A DNA stretch of 63,151 bases, counting the filler, from Octopus bimaculoides (lineage: Eukaryota), in assembly GCF_001194135.2 (NCBI RefSeq). It is 5 parts of 5 records of this genome, joined end to end, with 100 filler letters (N's around TTAATTAATTAA, not from the genome) between each part and the next. Parts side by side here need not be neighbours in the genome. Positions count along the whole stretch, not along the records: positions 1 to 30,376 come from NC_068991.1; 4 more parts are not named here. One strand, given 5' to 3'. This document shows positions 10,661 through 22,563 of this stretch, piece by piece. The notes under the pieces were generated by a model. The model saw only the letters and a list, made by a program, of their open reading frames with translations. It had not been told where the DNA came from and did no database searches. The position numbers and the translations under genes were made by a program. The number at the start of each line of letters is the position of its first letter. Positions within the stretch are counted from its first letter, which is position 1.

Positions 10661-11145
10661 CTATAGTCAGCAGACAAAAATTTTTATTAAAAATATCAAC
10701 CTGTTTAACGTTTAAAGCAGGGAAGGCGCCACGACAGTCGTAACAGTTAAAGATATTTCTGCCTTGAATATCTTGTTTATCAAAGCGAAAATTTGACTTT
10801 TCCGAAGATTTTTCGAATAAATATTAACAACAAACGTGTAGGTGTTAATTCTTAAGAACATAAATCGATCTTGTAGTCTAACACAGTAATGAGATGAGAG
10901 AGAAATTGGCACGAATAGAAAACCACATCTTCAACAACAGCAACAACAACCAGTACTAACATCAACAGCAGTGTTAACAACAACAAAATAAGAATAAATA
11001 TAAGACGCAGGCATGGCTGTGTTTACGAAACTAGTTTTGCAACCATGTGATTTTAGGTTCAGTCCTACTGCGCGGCATCTTGAGCAAGTGTTTTCTCTCA
11101 CAGCCCCAGGCTGAGCAATGTCTTGTGAGACTGTGTAGAAGCCTG

Positions 11146-11452
11146 TCGGGCTCACAATCATGAGGTAGTGAGTTCGATTCCCGGACCGGGCTGTGTGTTG
11201 TGTTCTTAAGCAAGAAATTTTATTTCACGTTGCTCCAGTTTAGCCAGCTGTAGAAATGAGTTGCGACGTCACTGGTGCCAAGCTGTATCGGCCCCTTTGC
11301 CTTTCCCTTGGATAACATCGGTAGCATGAAGAGAGGGGGCTGGTATGCATGGGCGACTGCTGGTCTTCCATAAAACAACCTTACCTGGACTTGTGCCTCA
11401 GAGGGGAACATTCTAGGCGCAATTCCATGGTCAAGCATGATCGAAGGAGGTC
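11146..11452 (+). mobile_element. SINE family C, alternative-tail subfamily
   Basis: B box GAGTTCGATTCC plus GTGTTGTGTTCTTAAGCAAG core. The 3' half differs from the copy at 1913. Confidence 0.7.
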
Positions 11453-11834
11453 TTTGTGTATGTATATATGTATGTATGTATGTATATGTGTGTGTGTGAG
11501 AGTGTGCACGCGTGCGCCTTGTGTTTGTGTGTGTGTATGCGCCTTGGGATTGTGTTTTTCCTCCCACCTTTCACGACAGGTAATTCGTTCTTTTTTACGC
11601 CCCTATAAACTAGCGGCTCGGCGAAGGAGGCCACTAGGATGAGTACGAGGCGTTTAGAAAAATGAAATAAAATAAAATAAAATAAAATAAAATAAAATAA
11701 AATAAAATAAAATCCCGGTTCATTTGACTAAACTACTTCAAAGCAATACTCCAGCATGGTCGTAGTCCAATGACTGGGAAAAGTAAGAGAATTAAAGAAT
11801 AGAATGCTTGAGCAAAAAGAAATGCAATGAAACG

Positions 11835-12003
11835 TAGAAAACATACATGCTAACATTATTTACATTATTTACATTCGACGGATATTTGTCCTCATCTTGT
11901 TTGTTGTGAACACAACGTTTCGGCTGATATACCCTCCAGCTTTCATCAGGTGTCTTGGGGAAATTTTGAACCTGGGTTCTCTCATTCCTAAGGTATTTTT
12001 CGA

Positions 12004-12057
<54 letters not shown>
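11835..12057 (-). mobile_element. Headless copy of the hammerhead-bearing SINE-like element
   Basis: Reverse complement of 12127-12390, ending in (ATT)n. Confidence 0.8.
11909..11956 (-). ncRNA. Minimal type-I hammerhead ribozyme
   Basis: GACAC-CUGAUGA-A-AGCUGG(AGGGUAUA)UCAGCC-GAAA-CG-U-U-GUGUU. Stem I has 5 bp, stem III is palindromic ACGU, and the triplet is GUU. Confidence 0.8.
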
Positions 12058-12059
<2 letters not shown>

Positions 12060-12122
12060 GGTGAAGTGGTTAAGAGCGCGAACTACTAACTCCAAGATTC
12101 CGAGTTCAATTCCAGGCAGTGA

Positions 12123-12191
<69 letters not shown>

Positions 12192-12390
12192 CAACAACAA
12201 CAACATCGAAAAATACCTTAGGTTCAAAATACCCAGGTTTGAAATTTCTCAAGACACCTGATGAAGGCTGGAGGGTATATCAACCGAAACGTTGTATTAA
12301 CAACAAACAAGATGAAGACAAATATCTGTCAATTGTAAATAATGTAAATAATGTAAATAATGTAAATAATGTTAACATGTATGTTTTCTA
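12060..12390 (+). mobile_element. SINE-like element: tRNA-Ser-like head + (AAT)n + hammerhead body + (TGTAAATAA)n tail
   Basis: Head AAGTGGTTAAGAGCG...CTACTAA...GAGTTCAATTCC (A box, Ser(GCU)-like anticodon loop, B box), then the microsatellite, then the hammerhead at 12251-12298. Confidence 0.7.
12251..12298 (+). ncRNA. Minimal type-I hammerhead ribozyme
   Basis: GACAC-CUGAUGA-A-GGCUGG(AGGGUAUA)UCAACC-GAAA-CG-U-U-GUAUU, with one mismatch each in stems I and II. Confidence 0.75.
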
Positions 12391-12577
12391 TGTTNNNNNN
12401 NNNNNNNNNNNNNNNNNNNNNNNNNNNNNNNNNNNNNNNNNNNNNNNNNNNNNNNNNNNNNNNNNNNNNNNNNNNNNNNNNNNNNNNNNNNNNNNNNNNN
12501 NNNNNNNNNNNNNNNNNNNNNNNNNNNNNNNNNNNNNNNNNNNNNNNNNNNNNNNNNNNNNNNNNNNNNNNNNNNNN

Positions 12578-12589
<12 letters not shown>

Positions 12590-12613
<24 letters not shown>

Positions 12614-13015
12614 AAAAATATATAAATATATGCATATATCCATACATATATGCACATACCTACATATATATATGTATATATACATGCATATATGGGTACG
12701 GGACTTAAAAAAAACGTTGAACACAATGAGAAACGAAAACATAAAAACTGCCTTCGAAACGCGGAGTAGATGGAACAGGGACAACTGACGAAGGGATATA
12801 CTCTTTATGTTGCATGTCTCGTTTCTCTGTTTTTTTTCGTCGTTCGCAAAAAAGTTCGTTTTTATGTTTTGTTTTTATGTTTTCGTTTCTCATTTTGTTT
12901 AACGTTTTTTTTTATGTCCTGTATCCCATATATGCATGTATGTATACATATATATGTAGGTATGTACATATATGTATGGATATATACATATATTTATATA
13001 TTATTTATATTATTA
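12590..13015. repeat. Large imperfect inverted repeat (~160-bp arms, ~110-bp spacer)
   Basis: ...AACGTTGAACACAATGAGAAACGAAAACATAAAAAC pairs with GTTTTTATGTTTTCGTTTCTCATTTTGTTTAACGTT..., and the flanking TA/CA microsatellites also mirror each other. Confidence 0.85.
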
Positions 13016-13052
13016 TATGATCAAACACCACGCATCCTTTTCCAAGAAAGTT

Positions 13053-13093
<41 letters not shown>

Positions 13094-14009
13094 GCCAAGC
13101 TCTACAACAGCTCTGCCGTCCGGGATCAAACTTGCGCNNNNNNNNNNNNNNNNNNNNNNNNNNNNNNNNNNNNNNNNNNNNNNNNNNNNNNNNNNNNNNN
13201 NNNNNNNNNNNNNNNNNNNNNNNNNNNNNNNNNNNNNNNNNNNNNNNNNNNNNNNNNNNNNNNNNNNNNNNNNNNNNNNNNNNNNNNNNNNNNNNNNNNN
13301 NNNNNNNNNNNNNNNNNNNNNNNNNNNNNNNNNNNNNNNNNNNNNNNNNNNNNNNNNNNNNNNNNNNNNNNNNNNNNNNNNNNNNNNNNNNNNNNNNNNN
13401 NNNNNNNNNNNNNNNNNNNNNNNNNNNNNNNNNNNNNNNNNNNNNNNNNNNNNNNNNNNNNNNNNNNNNNNNNNNNNNNNNNNNNNNNNNNNNNNNNNNN
13501 NNNNNNNNNNNNNNNNNNNNNNNNNNNNNNNNNNNNNNNNNNNNNNNNNNNNNNNNNNNNNNNNNNNNNNNNNNNNNNNNNNNNNNNNNNNNNNNNNNNN
13601 NNNNNNNNNNNNNNNNNNNNNNNNNNNNNNNNNNNNNNNNNNNNNNNNNNNNNNNNNNNNNNNNNNNNNNNNNNNNNNNNNNNNNNNNNNNNNNNNNNNN
13701 NNNNNNNNNNNNNNNNNNNNNNNNNNNNNNNNNNNNNNNNNNNNNNNNNNNNNNNNNNNNNNNNNNNNNNNNNNNNNNNNNNNNNNNNNNNNNNNNNNNN
13801 NNNNNNNNNNNNNNNNNNNNNNNNNNNNNNNNNNNNNNNNNNNNNNNNNNNNNNNNNNNNNNNNNNNNNNNNNNNNNNNNNNNNNAAGGAAAGCTCTACT
13901 TTGTAATTTGTCCATTTTCTGTATTTAGCCCTGAGTGGCTATAATAAAAAGATATCTATCTATCTATCTATCTCTCTCTCTCTATATATATATGTATGTA
14001 TGTATAATA

Positions 14010-14379
14010 GGTGCAGGAGTGGCTGTGTGGTAAGTAGTTTGCTTACCAACCACATGGTTTTGGGTTCATTCCCACTGCGTGGCACCTTGAGCAAGTGTCT
14101 TTTACTATAGTCTAGGGCCGACCAAAGCCTTGTGAGTGGATGTGGTAGACGGAAAACTGAAAGTAGACCGTCGTATATATGTATACATATATGTGTGTGT
14201 GTATGTTTGTGTCTGTGTTTGTCCCCCCAACATCGCTTGACAACCGATGCTGGTGTGTTTACGTCCCCGTAACTTAGCGGTTTGGCAAAAGAGACCGATA
14301 GAATAAGTACTAGGCTTCCAAAGAATAAGTCCTGGGGTCGATTTGCTCGACTAAAGGCGGTGCTCCAGCATGGCCACAG
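14010..14379 (+). mobile_element. SINE family B
   Basis: Head GGTGCAGGAGTGGCTGTGTGGTAAG...GGGTTCATTCCC, core GTGAGTGGATGTGGTAGACGGAAACTGAAAG, internal microsatellite, tail GCGGTGCTCCAGCATGGCC. Confidence 0.85.
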
Positions 14380-15124
14380 NNNNNNNNNNNNNNNNNNNNN
14401 NNNNNNNNNNNNNNNNNNNNNNNNNNNNNNNNNNNNNNNNNNNNNNNNNNNNNNNNNNNNNNNNNNNNNNNNNNNNNNNNNNNNNNNNNNNNNNNNNNNN
14501 NNNNNNNNNNNNNNNNNNNNNNNNNNNNNNNNNNNNNNNNNNNNNNNNNNNNNNNNNNNNNNNNNNNNNNNNNNNNNNNNNNNNNNNNNNNNNNNNNNNN
14601 NNNNNNNNNNNNNNNNNNNNNNNNNNNNNNNNNNNNNNNNNNNNNNNNNNNNNNNNNNNNNNNNNNNNNNNNNNNNNNNNNNNNNNNNNNNNNNNNNNNN
14701 NNNNNNNNNNNNNNNNNNNNNNNNNNNNNNNNNNNNNNNNNNNNNNNNNNNNNNNNNNNNNNNNNNNNNNNNNNNNNNNNNNNNNNNNNNNNNNNNNNNN
14801 NNNNNNNNNNNNNNNNNNNNNNNNNNNNNNNNNNNNNATATATATATATATATATATATACGGGCGCACACGCACACACACAAATATTAATGAGTGAGAA
14901 AGGAACAGGAGTTACAGAGCCACCCCACCATTAATTTCCAGTGTTTTCTGCGATATGAAGCTGTTCAGTCAGAGCTAAGTGCTTCAACAACGTTCTGGTT
15001 CTTCCTGGGAGTTTCGAAAATGAAGATGATTACGTAACTCTTGTTATTTTCTCATTTATTAATTGATATCATGCACCGTACCCGCTTCAGACTTTACTCT
15101 AAAATAAGAGTATATTGTATTCTA

Positions 15125-15475
15125 ACATGGTTCTGGGTTCAGTCCCACTGCATGGCACCCTAGACAAAAGTCTTTTACCATAGCCCTGGGCCAATCAGAG
15201 CCTTGTGAGTAGATTTGGTTAATGGAAACTGAAAAGAAGCCTGTCGTGTGCGTGTGTGTATATGTGTGTCTGTATGTGTGTAGATGCTTGTTCCCCATCA
15301 TCGCTTGACAACCGGTGTTGGTTTGCTTACTTACCCGTAACTTATTCTTTTGGTCAAAGAGACTGATAGAAAAGTACCAAGCTTTAAAAGGAAAAAGTAC
15401 TAAAAATTCTTCAAGGCAGCGCCCTAGTATGGCCACGCTCTAATGAGTGAAACAAGTAAAAGATAAAAGATAAAG
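15125..15475 (+). mobile_element. SINE family B (5'-truncated, diverged)
   Basis: Same core and tail motifs as other B copies. Confidence 0.75.
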
Positions 15476-15959
15476 ATATCATTCCACGAGATCAACCTCC
15501 ACCCCCCCAGCACACACACACAACAGGCAATGTATTACAACCACTACAGCATATACACATATACCACACAACTACATCCTAAACCACTATAGCTTCTACA
15601 ACACACAGCCCATACAGCTACTACCTAAACATCAGACTACGCCAACCACTACAGTTAAACGCAGCACAGTACTATAACTAACACACCCACACACAACTAC
15701 TATAGCCCAAACACGCACACACATACACACACGCACACACACGCACACAGACACAATCACCACACCGACACTACAACCCACACACAGCTACTCATTCAAC
15801 AGAAACAGCTCACCTTCTCTAATCACCAAATAACCTTTATAAGGTTCCACGCAGAAATTCTTTCCGAGTCATGCCCGTCAATCGTGCTTTGACATACAAA
15901 ATAGTACTAGTCTTATGAGAATGGTCTTTTGTGACGACTAGCTGACGTCGAGAGCTACG

Positions 15960-16033
<74 letters not shown>

Positions 16034-16331
16034 ATTTACATTTGCACAAACAAACAATTGCATTGTTTATTTGTTAAACGCTCGTTCACCTCACCTTTCT
16101 ACATCACACCCACGCTACCTGCCTCACATGACGTATGCTCCATTGAGAGTTACAGCAGCAGCAGCAACAGCAGCAGTAGCCGATGAGGGCGGGCGAAAGC
16201 GGGGAGACGGGGGAAATCTCTAAGCAGTCACTAGACATGCTAAAAATAGCAGTCACGTTATCTCAACTTACAACCTTAACCATTTAATACGAAAACATAT
16301 TGGACAATGTCCTAAATATACAATATGATGG

Positions 16332-16376
<45 letters not shown>

Positions 16377-16532
16377 ATATGTACAAAGGCGCAGGCATGT
16401 ATGTGTTTAAGAAGCTCAGTTTGCAACCCTGTGGTTTCGGGTTCAGTCCGATTGTACGACACCTTGGACAAATACCTTCTACCATAGTCTCGAGAGAAGG
16501 AATTTTTTTGCTCCCACCACCATAAAACAATT

Positions 16533-16881
16533 AAAAAAAACATTAGACATGGTGGAAAATTCATTTGCTATCATGTCTTTCTCATAATGATGAGAAAGTC
16601 ATAAAAATTAAGAATTTCTATTAAAAAAGCTTCATTTCTATATTGGTTTCATATTTTGGAACAAGGCCAAGCTTCATTATGTGTATTCATGTACTAATTT
16701 GCCTAACCCTGAGGCCTAAATTGCCTATCTCTATGAAATTCGCCTAACCTTGGGACATTAATATACATAATATAGAAATTAAGTTGTTTTATAGAAATAC
16801 TTAATTTTTATGACTTTCTCATCATTATTATTATAAGACACGGTAGGAAATCAATTTTCCACCATGTCTAATGTTTTTTTT
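16533..16881. mobile_element. MITE/fold-back element with ~115-bp imperfect TIRs
   Basis: CATTAGACATGGTGGAAAATT / AATTTTCCACCATGTCTAATG and TAATGATGAGAAAGTCATAAAAATTAAG / CTTAATTTTTATGACTTTCTCATCATTA. The core has GCCTAA repeats. Confidence 0.8.
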
Positions 16882-16934
16882 TTCTTTTCAAAATTTTACA
16901 GGGTTGGGGGTATATAAGGAAGCCTTTCCGTCTC

Positions 16935-17240
16935 TAGTCGACCAGTCTTGTGAGGCAGTGCCTTGGTAGACGGAAATTGTGTCGAAACCCGTTGTGTCTG
17001 CGTGTGTACGCTCGCGCGTGTGTGCGTGTATGTTTATTTGTGTCTGTGTTAGTCACCCCCTCCAACCGCTTAACAACCGGTGTTGGTTTGTTTACGTAGA
17101 CCAGTGCGGCGGTTCGGCATAAGGGGCCGATAGGATAAGCACTGGACATAAAATAAACATAAATACTGGGGTCGATTAAGTTTTTGAATAAACTCTTCAA
17201 GTTGATGACCCAGCACTGGCTGCAGTCCAATTACTAAAAG
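16935..17240 (+). mobile_element. SINE family B (5'-truncated)
   Basis: B core and tail motifs. Confidence 0.7.
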
Positions 17241-17331
17241 ATGAAAGACGCGACGGCCTCGGCTAGAACGCCTGTGAACATGGTTGACTGGGGGAGACTA
17301 AACAGCAACTTCAATGTTTCCGATAACAAAA

Positions 17332-17780
17332 GCAGCGAGCTGGCAGAATCGTTAGCACGCCGGACAAAATGCTTAGCGGCATTTCGTCCGTCTTTACTTT
17401 CTGAGTTCAAATTTCGCTGAGGTCAACTTTGCCTTTCGTTCCTTATTTTATCCTCAGATAAAATGAATACCAGTTGAGTACTGGAGTCGATGTAATCGAC
17501 TTAACCCCTCCCCTTAAATTCCTGGCCTTGTGCCTATAGCTGAGAGAAATATTAGTACAAGACTAAGGCAGCGAGCCGGTAGAGTCGTTAGCACACCGGA
17601 CCAAATGTATTAGCGGTATTTAATCCGTCTTTACGTTCTGAGTTCAAGTCCCACCGAGGTTCACTTTGCTTTTCATCCGTTTGAGCTCGATAGAATAGTA
17701 CCAGTTGAACACTGGGGTCGATGTAATCAACTTACCCCACTGAAATTGTTAGCCTTATACCAAAATTTGAAAGCAATATT
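17332..17780 (+). mobile_element. Two tandem SINE A copies
   Basis: GCGAGCTGGCAGAATCGTTAGCAC heads at 17332 and 17568, each with a B box and central domain. Confidence 0.85.
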
Positions 17781-18639
17781 TCCAATAACAACAAATACGA
17801 CACTATGGACACGAAGTTGCCACTACATGGTCACTCGATCTGCTAAAAATAGTAGTGAAATCACCAGCTAATCACTCATTCATCGTCGTAATGCGGCCCC
17901 GGGTTTTCTGTACATAGTGAAATAGATAGGATAGTCACAGCTAGAAGAATTTCGATCAAAGATTCGATCGATCATGGTTCTGTTGCTGTTAAAGAAATAA
18001 AAAGAACAATATCATTAGTAATAATGATGATTCAAAAAAGAAATGCATCATGTGGTTATTTGGCGAGGTAGAAATAGCAGCCAAATTTTTCTTCAGTCAT
18101 TATTACACGCTGCTATACTAAAAAGAAAGTACGATCTTAGATACCCTGTTCTTAAAAACGGACAAATGGTTATAGTTGGAGCATGAGACATCTTGGCACA
18201 GCTGTTTTGGCGTTACCTGTTTGGCGTCACTGATTGAACTCTGTTTATTTGACACAAGCCGTTTTAATGTTCCTCTCGTTCCCTCTCTCCTTCCTTTACT
18301 TCTCTCCTCCTCCCTCCCTGTTTATGTGAGTAAGCATATTTCTTTTTATGTGTATTAGAAGGAAAGAGTTTATATCAATTTTATTTAATTAATGAATTGC
18401 AATGCTTGTCTCTAGTTCCCAACCCTCTTTTTCCTCTCTCACTTTCTCTATATCTCGCTATCTGTACGTGTATAATTTCCTAGGAAATGCGTCTATGCGT
18501 ATGTGTGCCTTTGCCTCCAGTGCCAAAAAGATATGTCGCCAAAACGGGTTGAATGTCCAGTCAGCTGGACCACATCATCAGAGTCCAAACAATAGCGTGC
18601 AATCGTCTCATTCTGAGCAATTTTGAGGGTTGGGGGCAA

Positions 18640-18805
18640 GACGATTACGACGATATCAGTACTTGACTACTATTTTCATCTTATTGATGAGCGATCGGAT
18701 AGAAGGCAAACTAGAACTCGGCAGGATTTGAACTTAGAACGTGAAATATCGGAAGAAATATTGCTAAGCGTATTTATTCGAAGTGGTAGCTACTCTGTCA
18801 ACTGA
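18640..18805 (-). mobile_element. Diverged SINE A
   Basis: GGCAAACTAGAACTCGGCAGGATTTGAACTTAGAACGT motif. Confidence 0.65.
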
Positions 18806-19100
18806 CCTTTATATATTTATGTATGTGTCTATATATATACATATATATACATACACACATATATATATATATATACACACACACAGAGTTTATATTTATA
18901 TATATATATGTATGTATGCATGTATGATTGCATGTCTGTATGTATATGCATGTTGAGATAGATAGTTAGATACATACATACATACATACATAAAAAAAAA
19001 TTAGGGTTCTCAAAACCTGAAAGAAAAAGGCTGATTAGAAGACTACAGATTCAAGCCATCAATGGAATTGTAAAGATATGTAAAACTTTCCAAACGTTTA

Positions 19101-19266
19101 GCACATAAATACATATGCATGCACCTAGACATGAAAATATATACATAAAAACGCATCCATAAAACAAACATACAAATCTGCGCATAAATACATATGCATA
19201 CGCCTAGACATGAAAATATATACATAAAGACGCATCCATAAAACAAACATACAAATCTGCGCATAC
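19101..19266. repeat. 79-bp tandem duplication
   Basis: CATAAATACATATGCAT starts at both 19104 and 19183. Confidence 0.9.
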
Positions 19267-19610
19267 ACTAACACCAAATACTGCACACACACACATATGC
19301 ACAAATACCTAGATGATGTTGATAAAAGTTCCAATGAAGGAGCCTTGAATCTATGTTAGAGTCCGGCTCTTTCTCTATTGACAAGAAATACAGAAATGAA
19401 ACTGATTGATAACATACATACATAATTCGTACATTNNNNNNNNNNNNNNNNNNNNNNNNNNNNNNNNNNNNNNNNNNNNNNAACTACATCCCAAAGATAG
19501 AGCCTTGTATCTCTGTGTGTTTGTGAATGTGTATATGCATGCATATTGTGGCAACACACGCATACATACTGGATTCGATACGTTTGAGTAAAATTCTTCA
19601 AGTCTGTGAC

Positions 19611-19823
19611 CACTAGCATAGCTGGGGGTGGGTGGCGGCGGGGCATAGCTGGGGGTGGGTCGGCGGCAGGGCATAGCTGGGGATGGGTGGATGCAGGGTC
19701 GATCCGCCCAGGGCGGCACTTTCAAAGGGGCACCACTTTTGGGCTACCTGTATTTTTTGTGGGGTCTAGGGACGGCAAACGGAAGGGCCGCCCTGGGCAG
19801 CACACACTCTAGCTACGCTAGTG
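19611..19823. mobile_element. hAT-like MITE inserted in a SINE B tail
   Basis: TIRs CACTAGCATAGCTGG / CTAGCTACGCTAGTG, three G-rich ~28-bp subterminal repeats, and a degenerate 8-bp TSD (TCTGTGAC/GATGTGCC). Confidence 0.7.
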
Positions 19824-20810
19824 GATGTGCCCCAGTATGGCCGCAATCTGATGCCCGAAACAAGTAAAAGAATAAAAGAATATAAAATAGCAAACAATAA
19901 TTTTCAGGTTATTACAACAGATAATGTTATCAAACGGTTAGTGTCGTTAAAATAAGTGAGACTCAAGGGCGCTTATTATGATGTTATATCTTCTCCATAC
20001 ATGTTACCATCCGGTTATTGTTATCTGACTATCTCTTCAAACTGATTGCAACGGCCTTGTTAGACATACGTGTATATGTAATAGTTAAGCATACTTGTAG
20101 CGGCAGCAGCAGCAGCAGTAGCAACAGTAGCAGCAGCAGCAGCAACAGTAGTAGTAGTGGTGGTGGTGGTGGTGGTGGTTTAGTATAACTAAGTACGTAT
20201 ACTTGTGTGCATTTCTGTATATACATACGTATGTATGAGTGTAAGCGTGAGTGAGTGTGGGTGCCATGCGTGTACGTTCGTATATATGTGTGTGTGTGTG
20301 CGTACGTGTGTGTGTGTGTGTGTTTAATTGTGACTGAGAGAGTGAGACTCGGCAACAGCTGTGAATTTATAAGTTTTCTTAATGACAATGTGAAAATAGG
20401 GGAACAGGTAGGGGTGGAGCGGTCGAAATTGAAAACGAGGCTGGCAGATAAAAGAGAAGACGAGTGGGTGGCTAGAAGGACAAAGGAAGTGGGAGAAAGG
20501 AACTGAATAAGAGAAAGTGTGGGCGGAGGAGATAGAAAGAGACAATGGGATAAAAATCACCCAAGTCCAAACACCTATTTCTTGCGACGAAGCAATGAGG
20601 GGGAGCCTGTCTGTGGTCACTTAACCTTCTAGAAATAGCTGCTAAGTCTTCGAAAAATTTACACCCTCAGATCTACATACTTCCAAAATAAGACCGTATG
20701 GTCGTGGTTGGAACACCTTTGATCGGCCTCGATCAAGGTATGCTGCGCTTAATCAACGGGAATCTTTTAACATAATTCATGAATACATACCTGTATCTCT
20801 TTCTCTCTCT

Positions 20811-21214
20811 TTTTACTCTTTTACTTGTTTCAGTCATTTGACTGCGGCCATGCTGGAGCACCGACTTTAGTCGAGCAAATCGACCCCAGGACTTATTCTT
20901 CGTAAGCCTAGTATTTATTCTATCGGTCGCTTTTGCCGAACCGCTAAGTGACAGGGACATAAACACACAAAAGCATCGGTTGTCAAGCGATGTTGGGAGA
21001 CAAACAGACACAGAAACACACACACATACATATATATACATATACACATATACGACAGGCTTCTTTCAGTTTCCGTCTACCAAATCCACTCACAAGGCTT
21101 TGGTCGGCCTGAGGCTATAGTAGAAGACACTTGCTCAAGGTGCCACGTATGGGACTGAACCCAGAACCATGTGGTTGGTAAGCAAGCTACTTACCACACA
21201 GCCACTCCTGCACC
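20811..21214 (-). mobile_element. Full-length SINE family B
   Basis: Head, core, internal TA/TG microsatellite and (GTAAAAGA)n tail are all visible without a gap. Confidence 0.9.
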
Positions 21215-21743
21215 TATTATGCAAATATATGTAATTACACGCTCCAAGGATCTAAATGGAGGAAGTTTATAAGGTTCGAGCAGTCCGCGGTAGGTATAAA
21301 AAACAACGTTCGGGAATAATAATGATTTATAGGCGTTGAAGATTGTAGGCTTTTCGTACATTGAAGTTCGATAAGCTGAAAAAATCTTTTGTATAGCTCA
21401 CGGTTAGCAACTACAGTTGCTATGAACGTGAATAAAATCCAAATTCAGGGATTGAAGTAGGTAAAATCTAGGCTACGTATGTTTCTTGGTTAGCAGATCC
21501 TCTGGTGTAATATTTCGTCAACGTGGGGTATTCAGCTAGCTACTCACCTGGCCAAAAATAACTTAATTATATGAAGGCTACATTGTCGTTAAGGAATCTC
21601 AAGTTAACGCGCTAGAGATATAATTTGAAATCACACACACACAAACACACACACACACACATATACAGATATAAAATGGTGTACCAGAATGGCCGCGGCC
21701 TAATGATTCAAACAAGTAAAAGGTATATATATATATATATATA

Positions 21744-22277
21744 GGCGTAGGAGTGGCTGTGTGGTAAGTAGCTTGCTTACCAACCACATGGTTCCAAGGC
21801 AAGTGTCTTCTACTATAGCCTCGGGATTTGGTAGACGGAAACTGAAAGAAGTCTGTCGTCGTATATATATATANNNNNNNNNNNNNNNNNNNNNNNNNNN
21901 NNNNNNNNNNNNNNNNNNNNNNNNNNNNNNNNNNNNNNNNNNNNNNNNNNNNNNNNNNNNNNNNNNNNNNNNNNNNNNNNNNNNNNNNNNNNNNNNNNNN
22001 NNNNNNNNNNNNNNNNNNNNNNNNNNNNNNNNNNNNNNNNNNNNNNNNNNNNNNNGTGTGTGCGTGTGTGTGTGTGTGTATGTTTGTGTGTCTGTTTCTC
22101 CCCCCAACATCGCTTGACAACCGATGGTTGTGTGTTTGTCCTTGTAACTTAGTGGTTCGGCAAAAAATCGATAGAATAAGTACTAGGCTTACAAAGAATA
22201 AGTCCTGGGGTCGATTTGCTCGACTAAAGGCGGTGCTCCAGCTTGGCCGCAGTCAAATGACTGAAACAAGTAAAAGA

Positions 22278-22278
<1 letters not shown>
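21744..22278 (+). mobile_element. SINE family B (gap at the internal microsatellite)
   Basis: Head and tail halves lie on either side of the N run. Confidence 0.85.
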
Positions 22279-22311
<33 letters not shown>

Positions 22312-22444
22312 TCAAGAGTTCGATTGAACAGAAGAAAGCACTAATAAAGAATTATCCAAAATTCTGAATGCCTCCTTCTTAATATACAATATCTGAACAC
22401 CACTTCAGACACCCTATACATACATACGTACGTACATACATACA

Positions 22445-22477
<33 letters not shown>

Positions 22478-22563
22478 GCACACTCACTCACACACATATA
22501 TGCCTATATGTACATGTTTATAAGTATGTATGTATGTAATGTGTAGAATGAAGCCACACCACG

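Noticed and set aside
12060-12127. Functional tRNA gene
   Set aside because: No acceptor stem or complete T arm pairing; it is a SINE-type head.
21549-21612. Minus-strand exon-like segment with a strong CAG|GTGAGT donor
   Set aside because: All three frames contain stops; at best non-coding and otherwise unsupported.
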